From Trueperaceae bacterium (lineage in GTDB: Bacteria > Deinococcota > Deinococci > Deinococcales > Trueperaceae): DNA of 64,000 bases. The position numbers and the translations under genes are program-made. The notes beneath the pieces are model-generated. The model had not been told where the DNA came from and searched no databases. It saw nothing but the letters and a program-made list of their open reading frames with translations. The stretch is taken from NCBI GenBank assembly GCA_034521815.1, contig JAXHLW010000013.1:416001-480000 (forward strand), given 5' to 3'. This document shows, piece by piece, positions 41,438 to 55,247 of this stretch; position 1 is the stretch's first letter, and each line of letters begins with the position of its first letter.

Positions 41438-42961
41438 ATGGATCCCGATATCGCACCGCTGGCGCGACGCCTGGCGGAGGAGAACAACGTCGAGTGGCGA
41501 CGGCTGCAGGGTAGCGGGACCGACGGCCGGATCGTCGAACGCGACGTACTCGATTTCCTCGCGCGCGTCATGGCGGGCGACGAGGACGTGAATCCGACCC
41601 CGGAGCCGCTGCCGGAGGGCCTCGATGCGTGGACCGACGACGCCGGCCGTCCGCTGGGCAAGGCGGCGGCCAGCACCCGCGACGGACGACCGTCCGACGA
41701 CGCCACGCCCGACGACACGACGCGCGACGACACGACGCGCGACGACACGACGCGCGACGACGAGAGAACCGACGACGATGCGGCCGACGAGGACGATCTG
41801 CTGCTCGCAGGCGACGACCTACTGCAGGACGCCGACCTCGGAAGGGGCGATGGCGCCGAGGAAGACCTGCTCCTCGCCGGCGGCACGGACGCCGTTCGCG
41901 ACGCATCCGGTCCCGGCGACGCTGGCGAGGATCCGGACGCGCTTCCCGACCTGTTCGACGAGCGCGACGCACCGCCGAGAGGCTCGGACGGCGCTCCCGA
42001 CCTGTTCGTCGACGACGACGCCGACGACCGCGGGGGCGATGCGTTCGACTTCGGTGGGCTGCCCGGTGCCGACAGGCGTCGCCCCGCCGATGAAGACCAG
42101 GACGCGACGATGGACAGGGGACGGGCGTCCGACTCGTACATGGTCGGCGACGATGCCGACGCGCTTTCCTTCGGCGACAGCGAGGCGAGCGGCGTGAACG
42201 ACGAGACTGCTCACGACGAGGTCGCCCGCGACGGGTTCGCCCACGACGAGATCGAGATGGACGATCCCGAGATCGACGCGGCCGAGGCCGATTCGACCAC
42301 GAAGGATCACGTCGATCGCAGGACGCCGGTTCCGACCGAGGTTCGGCAGGAGGCGGCCCTGCCGTTCGAGGAACGCGGCGACGACGCCGTTCCGACCACG
42401 GAATCCGCCTCGGCCGTGCCTAGCGCCGCCGACGTGCAGCGCTGGCCCCTGGCTCGGACCCGGACCGTCGTTCGTCGTCACGTGGACGTCGGCGAGCTGC
42501 TCGCCGTGCGCCGCAGCGTGGCGCTCGAAGCCGGGATGGACGACGTCGCGGCCGTCGCCGTCCTCTACCTCGCGGCCAAGCGAGCGGTCGGACAGCTGAA
42601 TGTCGAGAGGCCGGGAATCGCTCTACCGGACGGGTCGGGCGGCGTGATCGCCATCGTTCCCGAGCACGATGGTCTCGCCGAGGCGGGCCGTGCGGTGGAC
42701 GGTGCGGCACGAGGGTCGCGAGACCTGGAGAGCGCGGACGCCGATCTGTGGGTCGTCGACCTCGCCGGTGTCGGCGTGGACGAGGCGGTCCTGGACACGG
42801 AGGTCGCCCAGCTCGTGCTCGGCCGGCTGTTGAGCGACGACTCGGACGGCTCGGTGCGCGCCACGATGTCGCTGGTGGCCGACGTTCCGGTCGAGCGAGG
42901 CGCGGCGTTCCTGGCCCGCGTCGCCGATCTTCTCGAGGACCCGCTTCGGCTTCTGGCTTAG
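41438..42961 (+). CDS. E3-binding-domain protein with acidic linker and degenerate 2-oxoacid dehydrogenase E2-like C-terminal domain
   Basis: IAPLARRLAEENNVEWRRLQGSGTDGRIVERDV (PSBD); Asp-rich middle; ends GAAFLARVADLLEDPLRLLA. Confidence 0.8.
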   Translation: MDPDIAPLARRLAEENNVEWRRLQGSGTDGRIVERDVLDFLARVMAGDEDVNPTPEPLPEGLDAWTDDAGRPLGKAAASTRDGRPSDDATPDDTTRDDTTRDDTTRDDERTDDDAADEDDLLLAGDDLLQDADLGRGDGAEEDLLLAGGTDAVRDASGPGDAGEDPDALPDLFDERDAPPRGSDGAPDLFVDDDADDRGGDAFDFGGLPGADRRRPADEDQDATMDRGRASDSYMVGDDADALSFGDSEASGVNDETAHDEVARDGFAHDEIEMDDPEIDAAEADSTTKDHVDRRTPVPTEVRQEAALPFEERGDDAVPTTESASAVPSAADVQRWPLARTRTVVRRHVDVGELLAVRRSVALEAGMDDVAAVAVLYLAAKRAVGQLNVERPGIALPDGSGGVIAIVPEHDGLAEAGRAVDGAARGSRDLESADADLWVVDLAGVGVDEAVLDTEVAQLVLGRLLSDDSDGSVRATMSLVADVPVERGAAFLARVADLLEDPLRLLA

Positions 42962-42987
42962 GTCTCGTCCCAGGCACACGTTCGCGA

Positions 42988-43014
42988 AGCGCCCGCTCGT
43001 CTCGAGCGGGCGCT
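42988..43014. terminator. Hairpin between convergent genes
   Basis: AGCGCCCGCTCG-TCT-CGAGCGGGCGCT perfect 12-bp stem. Confidence 0.6.
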
Positions 43015-43017
43015 CGC

Positions 43018-43278
43018 TCAGGCCGGCTCCACGGGAAGCAACGCCCACAACAGCAGGTAGCCGGGCACCGTGATGCCCAGCGACAGCGGAACGGTGAGCG
43101 CGAACACGAGTCGCACCCGACGGGGGTCGGCGCCCGTGAACGCCGCGACGCCCCCTGCGACGCCCGCGATACGACGGTCGGTCCGGCTTCGCTGGAGGCG
43201 CTCCGCCCCGGTCGGTCGACGAGCGCGTCGCTGGTCGTGAGGCAGCGGATCGTGCGTCGCTTCGGCTCGATCGTTCAT
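43018..43278 (-). CDS. PspC domain membrane protein
   Basis: LQRSRTDRRIAGVAGGVA...DPRRVRLVF...YLLLWALLP. Confidence 0.88.
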   Translation of the reverse strand: MNDRAEATHDPLPHDQRRARRPTGAERLQRSRTDRRIAGVAGGVAAFTGADPRRVRLVFALTVPLSLGITVPGYLLLWALLPVEPA

Positions 43279-43697
43279 TCAGGGTCTCCTGCGACGCCTC
43301 CTGCGACGCCTCCTGCGACGTCTCCTGCGACGTCGCCTGCGACGTCGACAGGTGGTTCGTCGTGCCGTCCGGCGAGCGGGATCGTAGGCGCGAGCGACGG
43401 GTTCCGTAGCGCCGCGTGGACGCGGGCCTCGAGCTCGCGGACGTCGACGCCGGCCCAGCGATCGGGCACCAGGGCGAGGTGCCGAAGCGCCTTGGCGTAG
43501 TTGCGTCGCCCGCCGCGTGGGCTTCCCATCGCGCGGGCCTTGTGGAGCGCAGCGGCGAGCAGGATGACGCCGGCCAGGAATCGTCGCTCGGTGCCGTCCG
43601 CCGCGAGCCAGGCGGGCTCGAGCGCCTCGTGACAGTCCCAGAACGCGCCCCGGTCGAACAGGCGCCGTCCTTCGTTCCAGGCGGCGGTATCGGTCAT
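43275..43697 (-). CDS. DUF309 family protein
   Basis: GRRLFDRGAFWDCHEALEPAW...FLAGVILLAAALHK; ATG 7 nt after TATGCT. Confidence 0.85.
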   Translation of the reverse strand: MTDTAAWNEGRRLFDRGAFWDCHEALEPAWLAADGTERRFLAGVILLAAALHKARAMGSPRGGRRNYAKALRHLALVPDRWAGVDVRELEARVHAALRNPSLAPTIPLAGRHDEPPVDVAGDVAGDVAGGVAGGVAGDPE

Positions 43698-43741
43698 GCG
43701 CCCGAGCATAGCGGGCCAGGGGGCCGCGGTAGCATGGCCGG

Positions 43742-44335
43742 ATGACGTCCCCCATGCCTCCACGCCTGATCATCGCCGTCAGCGGCGGCAGCGGCATCGT
43801 GTACGCGTTCGACCTTCTCGAGGCGCTCGCGGCGGCGCCGGTCGAGACGCATCTGGTGGTCACGGCGGGCGCGAAGCAGGTGCTGCCGAGCGAGACCGAC
43901 CGGACGTACCACGACCTCGTCGCGTTGGCGGACGACGTCCACGACGACCGCGACCTGGGTGCGGGCATCGCGTCGGGCTCGTTCCGGGCCGCGGGAATGG
44001 TCATCGTTCCCTGCAGCGCCGGCACGCTGGCCAAGGTGGCGCTGGGCATGACGGACAACCTGGTGTCGCGTGCGGCCCACGTGACGCTCAAGGAGCGGCG
44101 CCCCCTGGCGCTGGTCGTCCGCGAGGCGCCGTATTCGCGGCCGATGCTCGAGAACATGCTGCGCGCGCACGACGCGGGCGCGACGATCGTTCCCGCGTCG
44201 CCCGGCTTCTACCATCGTCCGGACGATCTTCCCGCGCTGATCGGCTCGGTCACCGCCCGCGTCCTCGACCATCTCGGGGTCGAGAATTCGAGGAGTCCGC
44301 GCTGGAAGGACGTGCCGAGCTCGGAGGGGCCATGA
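43742..44335 (+). CDS. ubiX: Flavin prenyltransferase UbiX
   Basis: IAVSGGSG, IASGSF, VPCSAGTLA, RAAHVTLKERR, VREAP, PGFY. Confidence 0.93.
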   Translation: MTSPMPPRLIIAVSGGSGIVYAFDLLEALAAAPVETHLVVTAGAKQVLPSETDRTYHDLVALADDVHDDRDLGAGIASGSFRAAGMVIVPCSAGTLAKVALGMTDNLVSRAAHVTLKERRPLALVVREAPYSRPMLENMLRAHDAGATIVPASPGFYHRPDDLPALIGSVTARVLDHLGVENSRSPRWKDVPSSEGP

Positions 44336-45006
44336 GCCGCGCCACGAGCAGCGTCGCGGCGCTGGTGCCCGCGGCGGGGTCGGGCAGCCGCCTGGGGTTG
44401 GGCCCCAAGGCGTTCGTGCGTCTCGCGGGACGGACGCTGATCGAGCATGCGGCGTGGCTGCTGGCCGGCGAGGTGGACGAGGTGCTGATCGCCGTCCCGG
44501 ACGGATGGGTCGCCGACGCTGCCCGGTTGGTGCCGCACGCGCGCGTCCTCCTCGGCGGGCAGACGCGGCAAGAGACGGTCGAGCGGCTCGCGAGCGCGAC
44601 CGATGCCGAGTGGGTCGTGGTGCACGACGCCGCGCGGCCGTTGACGCCCGGTGACGTCGTCCGGCGCGTTCTCGAGGCGGCCCAGCGCGCCGGCGCCGCG
44701 TCCGCTGCGGTCGAGGTCGCCGACACGCTCCACGACACGGACCTCGACGCTCCGGTCGCCCGTGAGGCGCTGCGAGCCGTGCAGACGCCGCAGGCGTTCG
44801 CTCGGCGACGGCTGCTCGAGGCGCACCGCTCGGCCCGGGTCGCCGGCACGGGGGCGACGGACGACGCCCAGCTGATCCGTGCGGCGGGCGGAACGGTCGA
44901 GCTCGTGCCTGGAAGCCCCTGGTCGCACAAGCTCACCCGCGCCGCCGACCTGCCGTGGCTCGAGGCGGTCGCCCGCGGTCGCGACGCGGTTTCCGACGGC
45001 TCATGA
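44332..45006 (+). CDS. ispD: 2-C-methyl-D-erythritol 4-phosphate cytidylyltransferase
   Basis: VPAAGSGSRLG, PKAF, GGQTRQETV, VHDAARP, VQTPQAF, TDDA, KLT. Confidence 0.94.
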   Translation: MSRATSSVAALVPAAGSGSRLGLGPKAFVRLAGRTLIEHAAWLLAGEVDEVLIAVPDGWVADAARLVPHARVLLGGQTRQETVERLASATDAEWVVVHDAARPLTPGDVVRRVLEAAQRAGAASAAVEVADTLHDTDLDAPVAREALRAVQTPQAFARRRLLEAHRSARVAGTGATDDAQLIRAAGGTVELVPGSPWSHKLTRAADLPWLEAVARGRDAVSDGS

Positions 45007-45899
45007 GCGACGCTCCCGAGGTCGTCACGGTCGTCGCCCCGGCGAAGGTGAACCTGGGGCTGCGCGTGTCCGCGCGCCGAGGCGACGGCTACCACGAGAT
45101 CGACACGCTGTTCGCGACCGTCGAGATCGGCGACCGGCTTCGGCTCTCACGCACCGGGACCGGCGTGAGCGGCGTCGTGACCGATCGCCGCGAGCCGGGC
45201 TCCGGGGCGGAGGAGGTTCCGCCGATGGGGCCTGCGAACCTCGCGTTCCGCGCCGCCGACGCCTGGCTCGAGGCTGCCGGACGGCCCGGCGGGGTGCACG
45301 TCGAGCTGGAGAAGCAGCTGCCGATCGCGGCCGGTCTGGGTGGAGGCAGCAGCGACGCAGGCGCCGTGATCCGGGCGATGGCTCGGCTCTGGCCGGCTGC
45401 GGTGGATCCGATCGCCATCGCCAAACGCCTCGGGAGCGACGTACCGTTCTTCGCGTCGGGGCACGCCGTGGCGCGCGGCAGGGGGCGGGGCGAGAAGCTC
45501 GCCCCGCGCGCGCTCCCGGCACGCTGGCTGGTTCTCGTGAATCCCGGCGTCGCGGTCCCGGTCGCCCAGGCGTACGGCGACCTGATGGCGTTCGGCCCAC
45601 CACAGGATTGGGACGCCGTGGCGAGCGCCTGGTCGGAGGGCCAGGCGCCGCGATGGCGGAACGACCTTCAGGCCGGCGTCCTGCGCCGGCATCCGGACGT
45701 GCGTGCAGCCTGGACCGCGCTGGGCCAGGCGGGGCTGGCCGCTCCGCTGCTGTCCGGCTCCGGCGCGACCTGTTTCGGCCTGGCGGACGGCGAGGAACAT
45801 GCCCGCCGCGTCGCGCGCGAGCTTAGGGCCGGTCGTCCCGACTGGTGGGTGATCGCGACCAGCGCCCCCGCACGGTCGGCGTTCGCCCAGGTGCGCTGA
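45003..45899 (+). CDS. ispE: 4-diphosphocytidyl-2-C-methyl-D-erythritol kinase
   Basis: APAKVNLGL, DGYHEI, PIAAGLGGGSSDA, LGSDVPFF, LSGSG. Confidence 0.95.
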   Translation: MSDAPEVVTVVAPAKVNLGLRVSARRGDGYHEIDTLFATVEIGDRLRLSRTGTGVSGVVTDRREPGSGAEEVPPMGPANLAFRAADAWLEAAGRPGGVHVELEKQLPIAAGLGGGSSDAGAVIRAMARLWPAAVDPIAIAKRLGSDVPFFASGHAVARGRGRGEKLAPRALPARWLVLVNPGVAVPVAQAYGDLMAFGPPQDWDAVASAWSEGQAPRWRNDLQAGVLRRHPDVRAAWTALGQAGLAAPLLSGSGATCFGLADGEEHARRVARELRAGRPDWWVIATSAPARSAFAQVR

Positions 45900-45908
45900 G
45901 GAGTCCGG

Positions 45909-46661
45909 CTAGACGACGTGCTCCTTGTCCGGGTTCGGAACGGGCTCGAGGGAGGCCGGGTTCGGGCAGGTCGACGCGTCGCGGCGAACGCGCGCCTGCG
46001 CCCACTGACCCGCCTGCACGACGATCCGCCGTATCTCGGGGTGGTGGTACGTCGGGTAGCTCTCGTGGCCAGGACGGAAGTACACGACGCGGCCCAGGCC
46101 ACGTCGCCAGGTGCACAGGCTCCGGAACACCTCGCCGCCTTGGAACCAGCTGATCATCAGGAGCTCGTCCGGCTCGGGCACGTCGAAGCGCTCGCCGTAC
46201 ATCTCCTCCTGCGCCAGCTCGACGTGATCGGGGATGCCGGCGAGGATGGGATGGTCCGGACGCAGGTTCCAGAGCCGCTCCTTCTCGTCCGCCTCCCGCC
46301 AGGAGAGCGTGCCGTGCGTGCCCAGGACGCGCTTGAACACCTTCGACATGTGGCCCGAGTGCAGCATCACCAGGCCCATCCCCGACAGGACCGCCTCGTG
46401 CACCATCGCGGCGGTCTCGTCGGCGACCTCGTGATGGGCCTTGTGCGCCCACCAGAGCAGCACGTCGGTGTCGGCCAGGAGCGCGCGCGACAGGCCGTGA
46501 TCCGGCTCGCGCAGCGTCGCGGTTCGGACCTCGAAACCTCCTCGCTCGCGGAACGCGTCCGCGAGCGCGCCGTGGATGCCGTCCGGGTAGATGGTCCGGA
46601 CCGCCTCGTTCTCGACCTCGTGCAGGTACTCGTTCCAGATGACGACCTTCGTGTCGGACAC
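45909..46661 (-). CDS. thuA: ThuA (trehalose utilisation) family protein
   Basis: WNEYLHE, IYPDGIH, DVLLWWAH, LHSGHMSK, EEMYGE, YFRPGHESYP. Confidence 0.88.
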   Translation of the reverse strand: MSDTKVVIWNEYLHEVENEAVRTIYPDGIHGALADAFRERGGFEVRTATLREPDHGLSRALLADTDVLLWWAHKAHHEVADETAAMVHEAVLSGMGLVMLHSGHMSKVFKRVLGTHGTLSWREADEKERLWNLRPDHPILAGIPDHVELAQEEMYGERFDVPEPDELLMISWFQGGEVFRSLCTWRRGLGRVVYFRPGHESYPTYHHPEIRRIVVQAGQWAQARVRRDASTCPNPASLEPVPNPDKEHVV

Positions 46662-46687
46662 CTTGGCCTCCTTCGTGCCCGAAGCGT

Positions 46688-46720
46688 ACCTCGGGGCGAG
46701 GCCAGGCCTCGCCCCGAGGT
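46688..46720. terminator. Hairpin downstream of ilvD
   Basis: ACCTCGGGGCGAGGCC-A-GGCCTCGCCCCGAGGT inverted repeat; no clear U-tract. Confidence 0.55.
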
Positions 46721-46753
46721 GGGACGCGAGCGTGGGCTGGCGCCGCTCGCTCG

Positions 46754-48465
46754 TCAGTCGGTGGTCGCCCCGCGGGCCGCGCTGCCCACCAGCTTGGCGT
46801 ACTTGGCCAGCACGCCACGCTGGTAGCGCGGCGTGGGCGGCTTCCAGGCGAGCCGTCGCTCCTCGAGGACCGCCTCGGCGACGTCCACCTCGAGCAGATG
46901 GTTCTCGGCGTCGATGGTGATCGGATCGCCCTCCGCGATCAGCGCCAGCGGACCGCCGACGGCCGCCTCGGGGGCGACGTGGCCGACGACCAGTCCGTAG
47001 GTGCCGCCCGAGAACCGCCCGTCGGTGATCAGCGCGACCTTGTCGCCCAGGCCCTTTCCGATGATCGCGCTCGTCGGTGCGAGCATCTCGCGCATGCCGG
47101 GCCCGCCGCGAGGTCCCTCGTAGCGAATCACGATCACGTCGCCCTCGCGGATCACGTCGCCCAGGATCGCGGTCATCGCGTCTTCCTCCGACTCGAAGAT
47201 CCGCGCCGGACCGGTCAGCTTCGTGGTCTTGAGGCCGCTGGTCTTGGCGACCGCCCCTTCGGGCGCGAGGTTTCCCTTGAGGATCGCCAGGTGCCCATGG
47301 GGGTACATCGGCCGGTCGATCGGCCGGACCACCTCCTGCCCTTCGGGAGGGTGCGCCGGCACGTCCGCCAGGTTCTCCGCCACCGTCTTGCCGGTGACCG
47401 TCGGCAGGTCGCCGTGCAGCAGCCCCGCCTCGAGCAGCATCTTCATCACCAGCGGGATGCCGCCGACCCGGTGCAGATCGGTCGCCACGTAGCGGCCCGA
47501 CGGCTTGAGGTCGGCGAAGTGCGGCGTGTCGGCTCGGATCCGCTCGAAGTCGTCCAGGTCCAGCTGGACCTCCGCGGCGTGGGCGGCCGCCAGCAGGTGC
47601 AGCACCGCGTTCGTCGAGCCGCCGACCGCCATGATCACCCGAATCGCGTTCTCGAACGCCTCCTTCGTCATCATCGTCCGGGCCGTGACGTTCTCACGCA
47701 CCAGCCGCAATAGCGCCTCGCCGCTCCGTTGGGCGCTCTCGCGCTTCTCGTCGTCCACCGCCGACATCGTCGACGAGTACGGCAGGCTCAGTCCCATCGC
47801 CTCGAACGCGCTGGACATGGTGTTCGCGGTGTACATGCCGCCGCAGCTGCCGTTGCCCGGACAGGCGTTCTTCTCGACCTCCCTCAGCGTCTCGAGCGGG
47901 ATGCGCCCGGCGGCGTGCTCGCCGACCGCCTCGAACACGCTGACGATCGTCAGGTCCTCGCCGTCCAGGTGCCCCGGCTTGATCGTTCCGCCGTACACGA
48001 AGATCGAGGGAAGGTCCAGTCTGGCCATCGCGATCATGGCGCCCGGCATGTTCTTGTCGCAGCCCCCGACGGCCAGGATGCCGTCGAGCGACTGGCCGCG
48101 ACAGACGGTCTCGATCGAGTCGGCGATCACCTCGCGCGACACCAGGCTGGCCTTCATGCCTTCGGTGCCCATGCTGATGCCGTCGCTGATGGTGATCGTG
48201 CCGAACATCTGCGGCATGCCGCCCGCCCCGCGGATCGCCGCGTCGGCGGCGTCCGCGAGGTCGCCCAGGCCCGCGTTGCACGGGGTGATCGTGCTGTGGC
48301 CGTTCGCGACGCCGACGATCGGCTTGTCGAAGTCGTCGTCGCCGAAGCCGACGGCGCGCAGCATGGCGCGATTGGGGGCGCGCTTCTCGCCCTGGGTGAC
48401 GACGCGGCTGTTGCGGTTGGCGGCGTCTCGGGGGGTGTCGCTAAGGGTGTCGCTCGGGGTGTCGC

Positions 48466-48469
<4 letters not shown>
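46754..48469 (-). CDS. ilvD: Dihydroxy-acid dehydratase
   Basis: [64 protein letters not shown]. Confidence 0.97.
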
Positions 48470-52818
<4,349 letters not shown>

Positions 52819-52902
52819 CGATGCTCCCTCGCTGGTCTTGGCGGTTGGACGGCGTAGCAGAACACGTCCTGGATGGGTGGCGGGTCAGGACGCGGGCCCG
52901 TA

Positions 52903-52942
52903 CACGGCACCGGCCCCCGTCGGTGCAGGGGCCGGTGCCGTG
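52903..52942 (-). promoter_or_regulatory. Attenuator hairpin of the leu/ilv leader
   Basis: 15-bp perfect stem CACGGCACCGGCCCC/GGGGCCGGTGCCGTG; its 5' arm can alternatively pair with GGGGCCGG in the leader ORF. Confidence 0.75.
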
Positions 52943-52974
52943 ACGTCGGCCGTCGGCGAGGACGGTGCGCGACG

Positions 52975-53067
52975 CTAGGCGTCCGGCCCCTCCCCGGCTA
53001 GCAGAACGGTCTGCCTCCAGCGAATGACGAGCAAGCGACGACGGATGTGGGTCGAGCCTCGGAACAT
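52975..53067 (-). CDS. Putative branched-chain amino acid leader peptide (30 aa, MFRGSTHIRRRLLVIRWRQTVLLAGEGPDA)
   Basis: Short ORF directly after the promoter, with L-L-V-I and V-L-L runs in AT-rich codons (TTG CTC GTC ATT; GTT CTG CTA), upstream of leuC. Confidence 0.75.
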   Translation of the reverse strand: MFRGSTHIRRRLLVIRWRQTVLLAGEGPDA

Positions 53068-53075
53068 CGTCAGCG

Positions 53076-53104
53076 AGTATACGGAGGGGGCCCGTGAAGA
53101 TCAA
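53076..53104 (-). promoter_or_regulatory. Sigma70-type promoter of the leu operon leader
   Basis: TTGATC-N17-TATACT, 8 nt before the leader ATG. Confidence 0.8.
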
Positions 53105-53147
53105 CAAGCTGGGCGCCCGGCGGTCCGAATCGGAGCGCCACGCCGCG

Positions 53148-53176
53148 TTGACCGGTCCGGAGCCGGGTGCTACCGT
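53148..53176 (+). promoter_or_regulatory. Probable promoter of the phn-like ABC operon
   Basis: TTGACC-N17-TACCGT. Confidence 0.55.
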
Positions 53177-53323
53177 TACCTCACGTTCCAGTTCGGACGC
53201 AGTCGCCGTCGTACGGCGGCTGGCAGGCCCGTCGCGCGGCCCGACGCCACGACGACGGAGCGTGGCCACTGAGGTCGCCGTCGGGCTGGAGCTCGCAACC
53301 GAGGCACGGCCAAGGAGGCCCCC

Positions 53324-54328
53324 ATGCGTCAGACAGGACCGCACCATCGAATCTCGATCGCACCGTGGCTGGCGACGCTCGCCCTGCTGCTGTTCGCGCA
53401 GGCGGCGTTCGCGCAGAGCGACGACTGCCAGAACCGCGGCGCGCTCGACCAGATGTACTGCGACGAGAACGGCGACCTCGTCGCCGATCGCCCCGAGGAT
53501 CAGAGCGAGTGGCTGAACCCCGACACCATCGTGTTCGCCTACACGCCGGTCGAGGATCCCGCCATCTACCAGGACATCTGGCAGCCGTTCATCGATCACC
53601 TCTCCGAGGTGACCGGGCGGAACGTCCGCTTCTTCGCCGTGCAGTCGAACTCGGCGCAGGTCGAGGCGATGCGCAGCGGCCGGCTTCACGTCGCCGGCTT
53701 CTCGACCGGTCCGACGCCGTTCGCGGTGAACCTGGCCGGCTACGTGCCGTTCGCGCTGATGGGCAGCGACGACGGCCGCTTCGGCTACACCCTGCAGCTC
53801 TACACCCGCGTGGACAGCGGCATCGATTCGATGGAAGACCTGGCCGGCAAGCGGATCGCGCACACCTCGCCCACCTCCAACTCGGGCAACCAGGCGCCGC
53901 GCGCGCTGTTCCCGCGCGAGGGCATCGTGCCTGGCGAGGACTACGAGGTCGTCTACTCCGGTAGCCACGATCAGTCGATGCTGGGCGTGGTGGCCGGCGA
54001 CTACGACGCCGCGCCGGTCGCGTCCGAGGTCGTCGACCGCATGGCGGAGCGCGGCCTCTACGATCCGGACGAGGTCAAGATCATCTTCGAGTCGAGCTCG
54101 TTCCCGACCACCTCGTACGGCTACGCCCACAACCTCCACCCCGACCTCGCGGCCAGCATCGAAGAGGCGTTCTTCAGCTTCGACTTCGAAGGCACCGAGC
54201 TCGGTGAGGAGTTCGGAGGGGTCGAGCAGTTCATCCCGATCACCTACCAGGAGGACTGGGAGGTCATCCGCACGATCCAGTCCGCCAACGGCGTCGAGTA
54301 CACGCCCGAAGGCCTGGCGAACGAGTAG
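53324..54328 (+). CDS. phnD: Phosphate/phosphite/phosphonate ABC substrate-binding protein (PhnD family)
   Basis: Signal peptide, VEAMRSG, SPTSNSG phosphate-binding loop, SGSHDQS. Confidence 0.85.
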   Translation: MRQTGPHHRISIAPWLATLALLLFAQAAFAQSDDCQNRGALDQMYCDENGDLVADRPEDQSEWLNPDTIVFAYTPVEDPAIYQDIWQPFIDHLSEVTGRNVRFFAVQSNSAQVEAMRSGRLHVAGFSTGPTPFAVNLAGYVPFALMGSDDGRFGYTLQLYTRVDSGIDSMEDLAGKRIAHTSPTSNSGNQAPRALFPREGIVPGEDYEVVYSGSHDQSMLGVVAGDYDAAPVASEVVDRMAERGLYDPDEVKIIFESSSFPTTSYGYAHNLHPDLAASIEEAFFSFDFEGTELGEEFGGVEQFIPITYQEDWEVIRTIQSANGVEYTPEGLANE

Positions 54329-54389
54329 GCGCTCATAGCCTGCTGGCGCCGCGGGCGGCTCGGTTCGAGTCGAGCAGCCGCGACGCCGT

Positions 54390-54423
54390 CCGGGCCGGTC
54401 CCGCCACGGCGGGACCGGCCCGG
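54390..54423 (+). terminator. Hairpin after phnD (mRNA stabiliser or partial terminator)
   Basis: CCGGGCCGGTCCCGCC-AC-GGCGGGACCGGCCCGG followed by TTT. Confidence 0.6.
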
Positions 54424-54452
54424 TTTCGTGCCAGATATGCGACGATGCTTTC

Positions 54453-55247
54453 ATGCTGGAAATCCAAGATCTCGTCAAGCGCTACGGCGACGGCGACCCG
54501 GTGCTGAGGGGTCTCGACCTCTCCGTCGCGGAGAAGAGCGTCACGGCCGTGATCGGGTCGTCGGGCGCAGGGAAGAGCACGCTGCTTCGGTGCGTCAATC
54601 GTCTGGTCGAGCCCACCTCGGGCTCGATTCGCTTGAACGGGATGGAGCTGACCACGCTGCGCGGCGGCGAGCTACGCCGCGCGCGACGTCGCATCGGCAT
54701 GGTGTTCCAAGGGTTCAACCTGCTGGAGCGCCTGACGGTGATGGAGAACGTGCTGGCCGGTCGGCTGGGCTACGTCGGGTTCTTTCCGGCGCTGCTGCGG
54801 CGGTACCCGCAGGAGGACGTCGACCGTGCCTACGGCCTGCTGAAGCGCGTGGGGCTCGCCAAGTACGTCAACACCCGCGCCGACGCCCTGTCGGGGGGCG
54901 AGCGTCAACGCGTCGGCGTGGTCCGCGCCCTGATGCAGGAGCCCGAGATCCTGCTGGCCGACGAGCCGACGGCGTCGCTGGACCCGAAGACGGCCGAGGG
55001 CATCATGCATCTGATGCGCGACCTCTCGGCCGAGCTGTCGCTGCCGGTGCTGATCAACATCCACAACGTGGCGCAGGCGAAGACGTACGCCGAGCGTATC
55101 GTCGGCCTCCGGCACGGTCTCATCATCTTCGATGACGTCCCAGAGGCGTTGGACGACGAAGCGTTCGATCGGATCTACGAAGGCGACGAGGCGGGGGCGG
55201 CTAAAGCGTTGGGCGAGGAGCGAGACGACGCAGCGGTGAAGGCGTGA
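54453..55247 (+). CDS. phnC: Phosphonate-type ABC transporter ATP-binding protein
   Basis: GSSGAGKST, ENVLAGRLG, LSGGERQRV, LADEPTASLDP. Confidence 0.9.
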   Translation: MLEIQDLVKRYGDGDPVLRGLDLSVAEKSVTAVIGSSGAGKSTLLRCVNRLVEPTSGSIRLNGMELTTLRGGELRRARRRIGMVFQGFNLLERLTVMENVLAGRLGYVGFFPALLRRYPQEDVDRAYGLLKRVGLAKYVNTRADALSGGERQRVGVVRALMQEPEILLADEPTASLDPKTAEGIMHLMRDLSAELSLPVLINIHNVAQAKTYAERIVGLRHGLIIFDDVPEALDDEAFDRIYEGDEAGAAKALGEERDDAAVKA

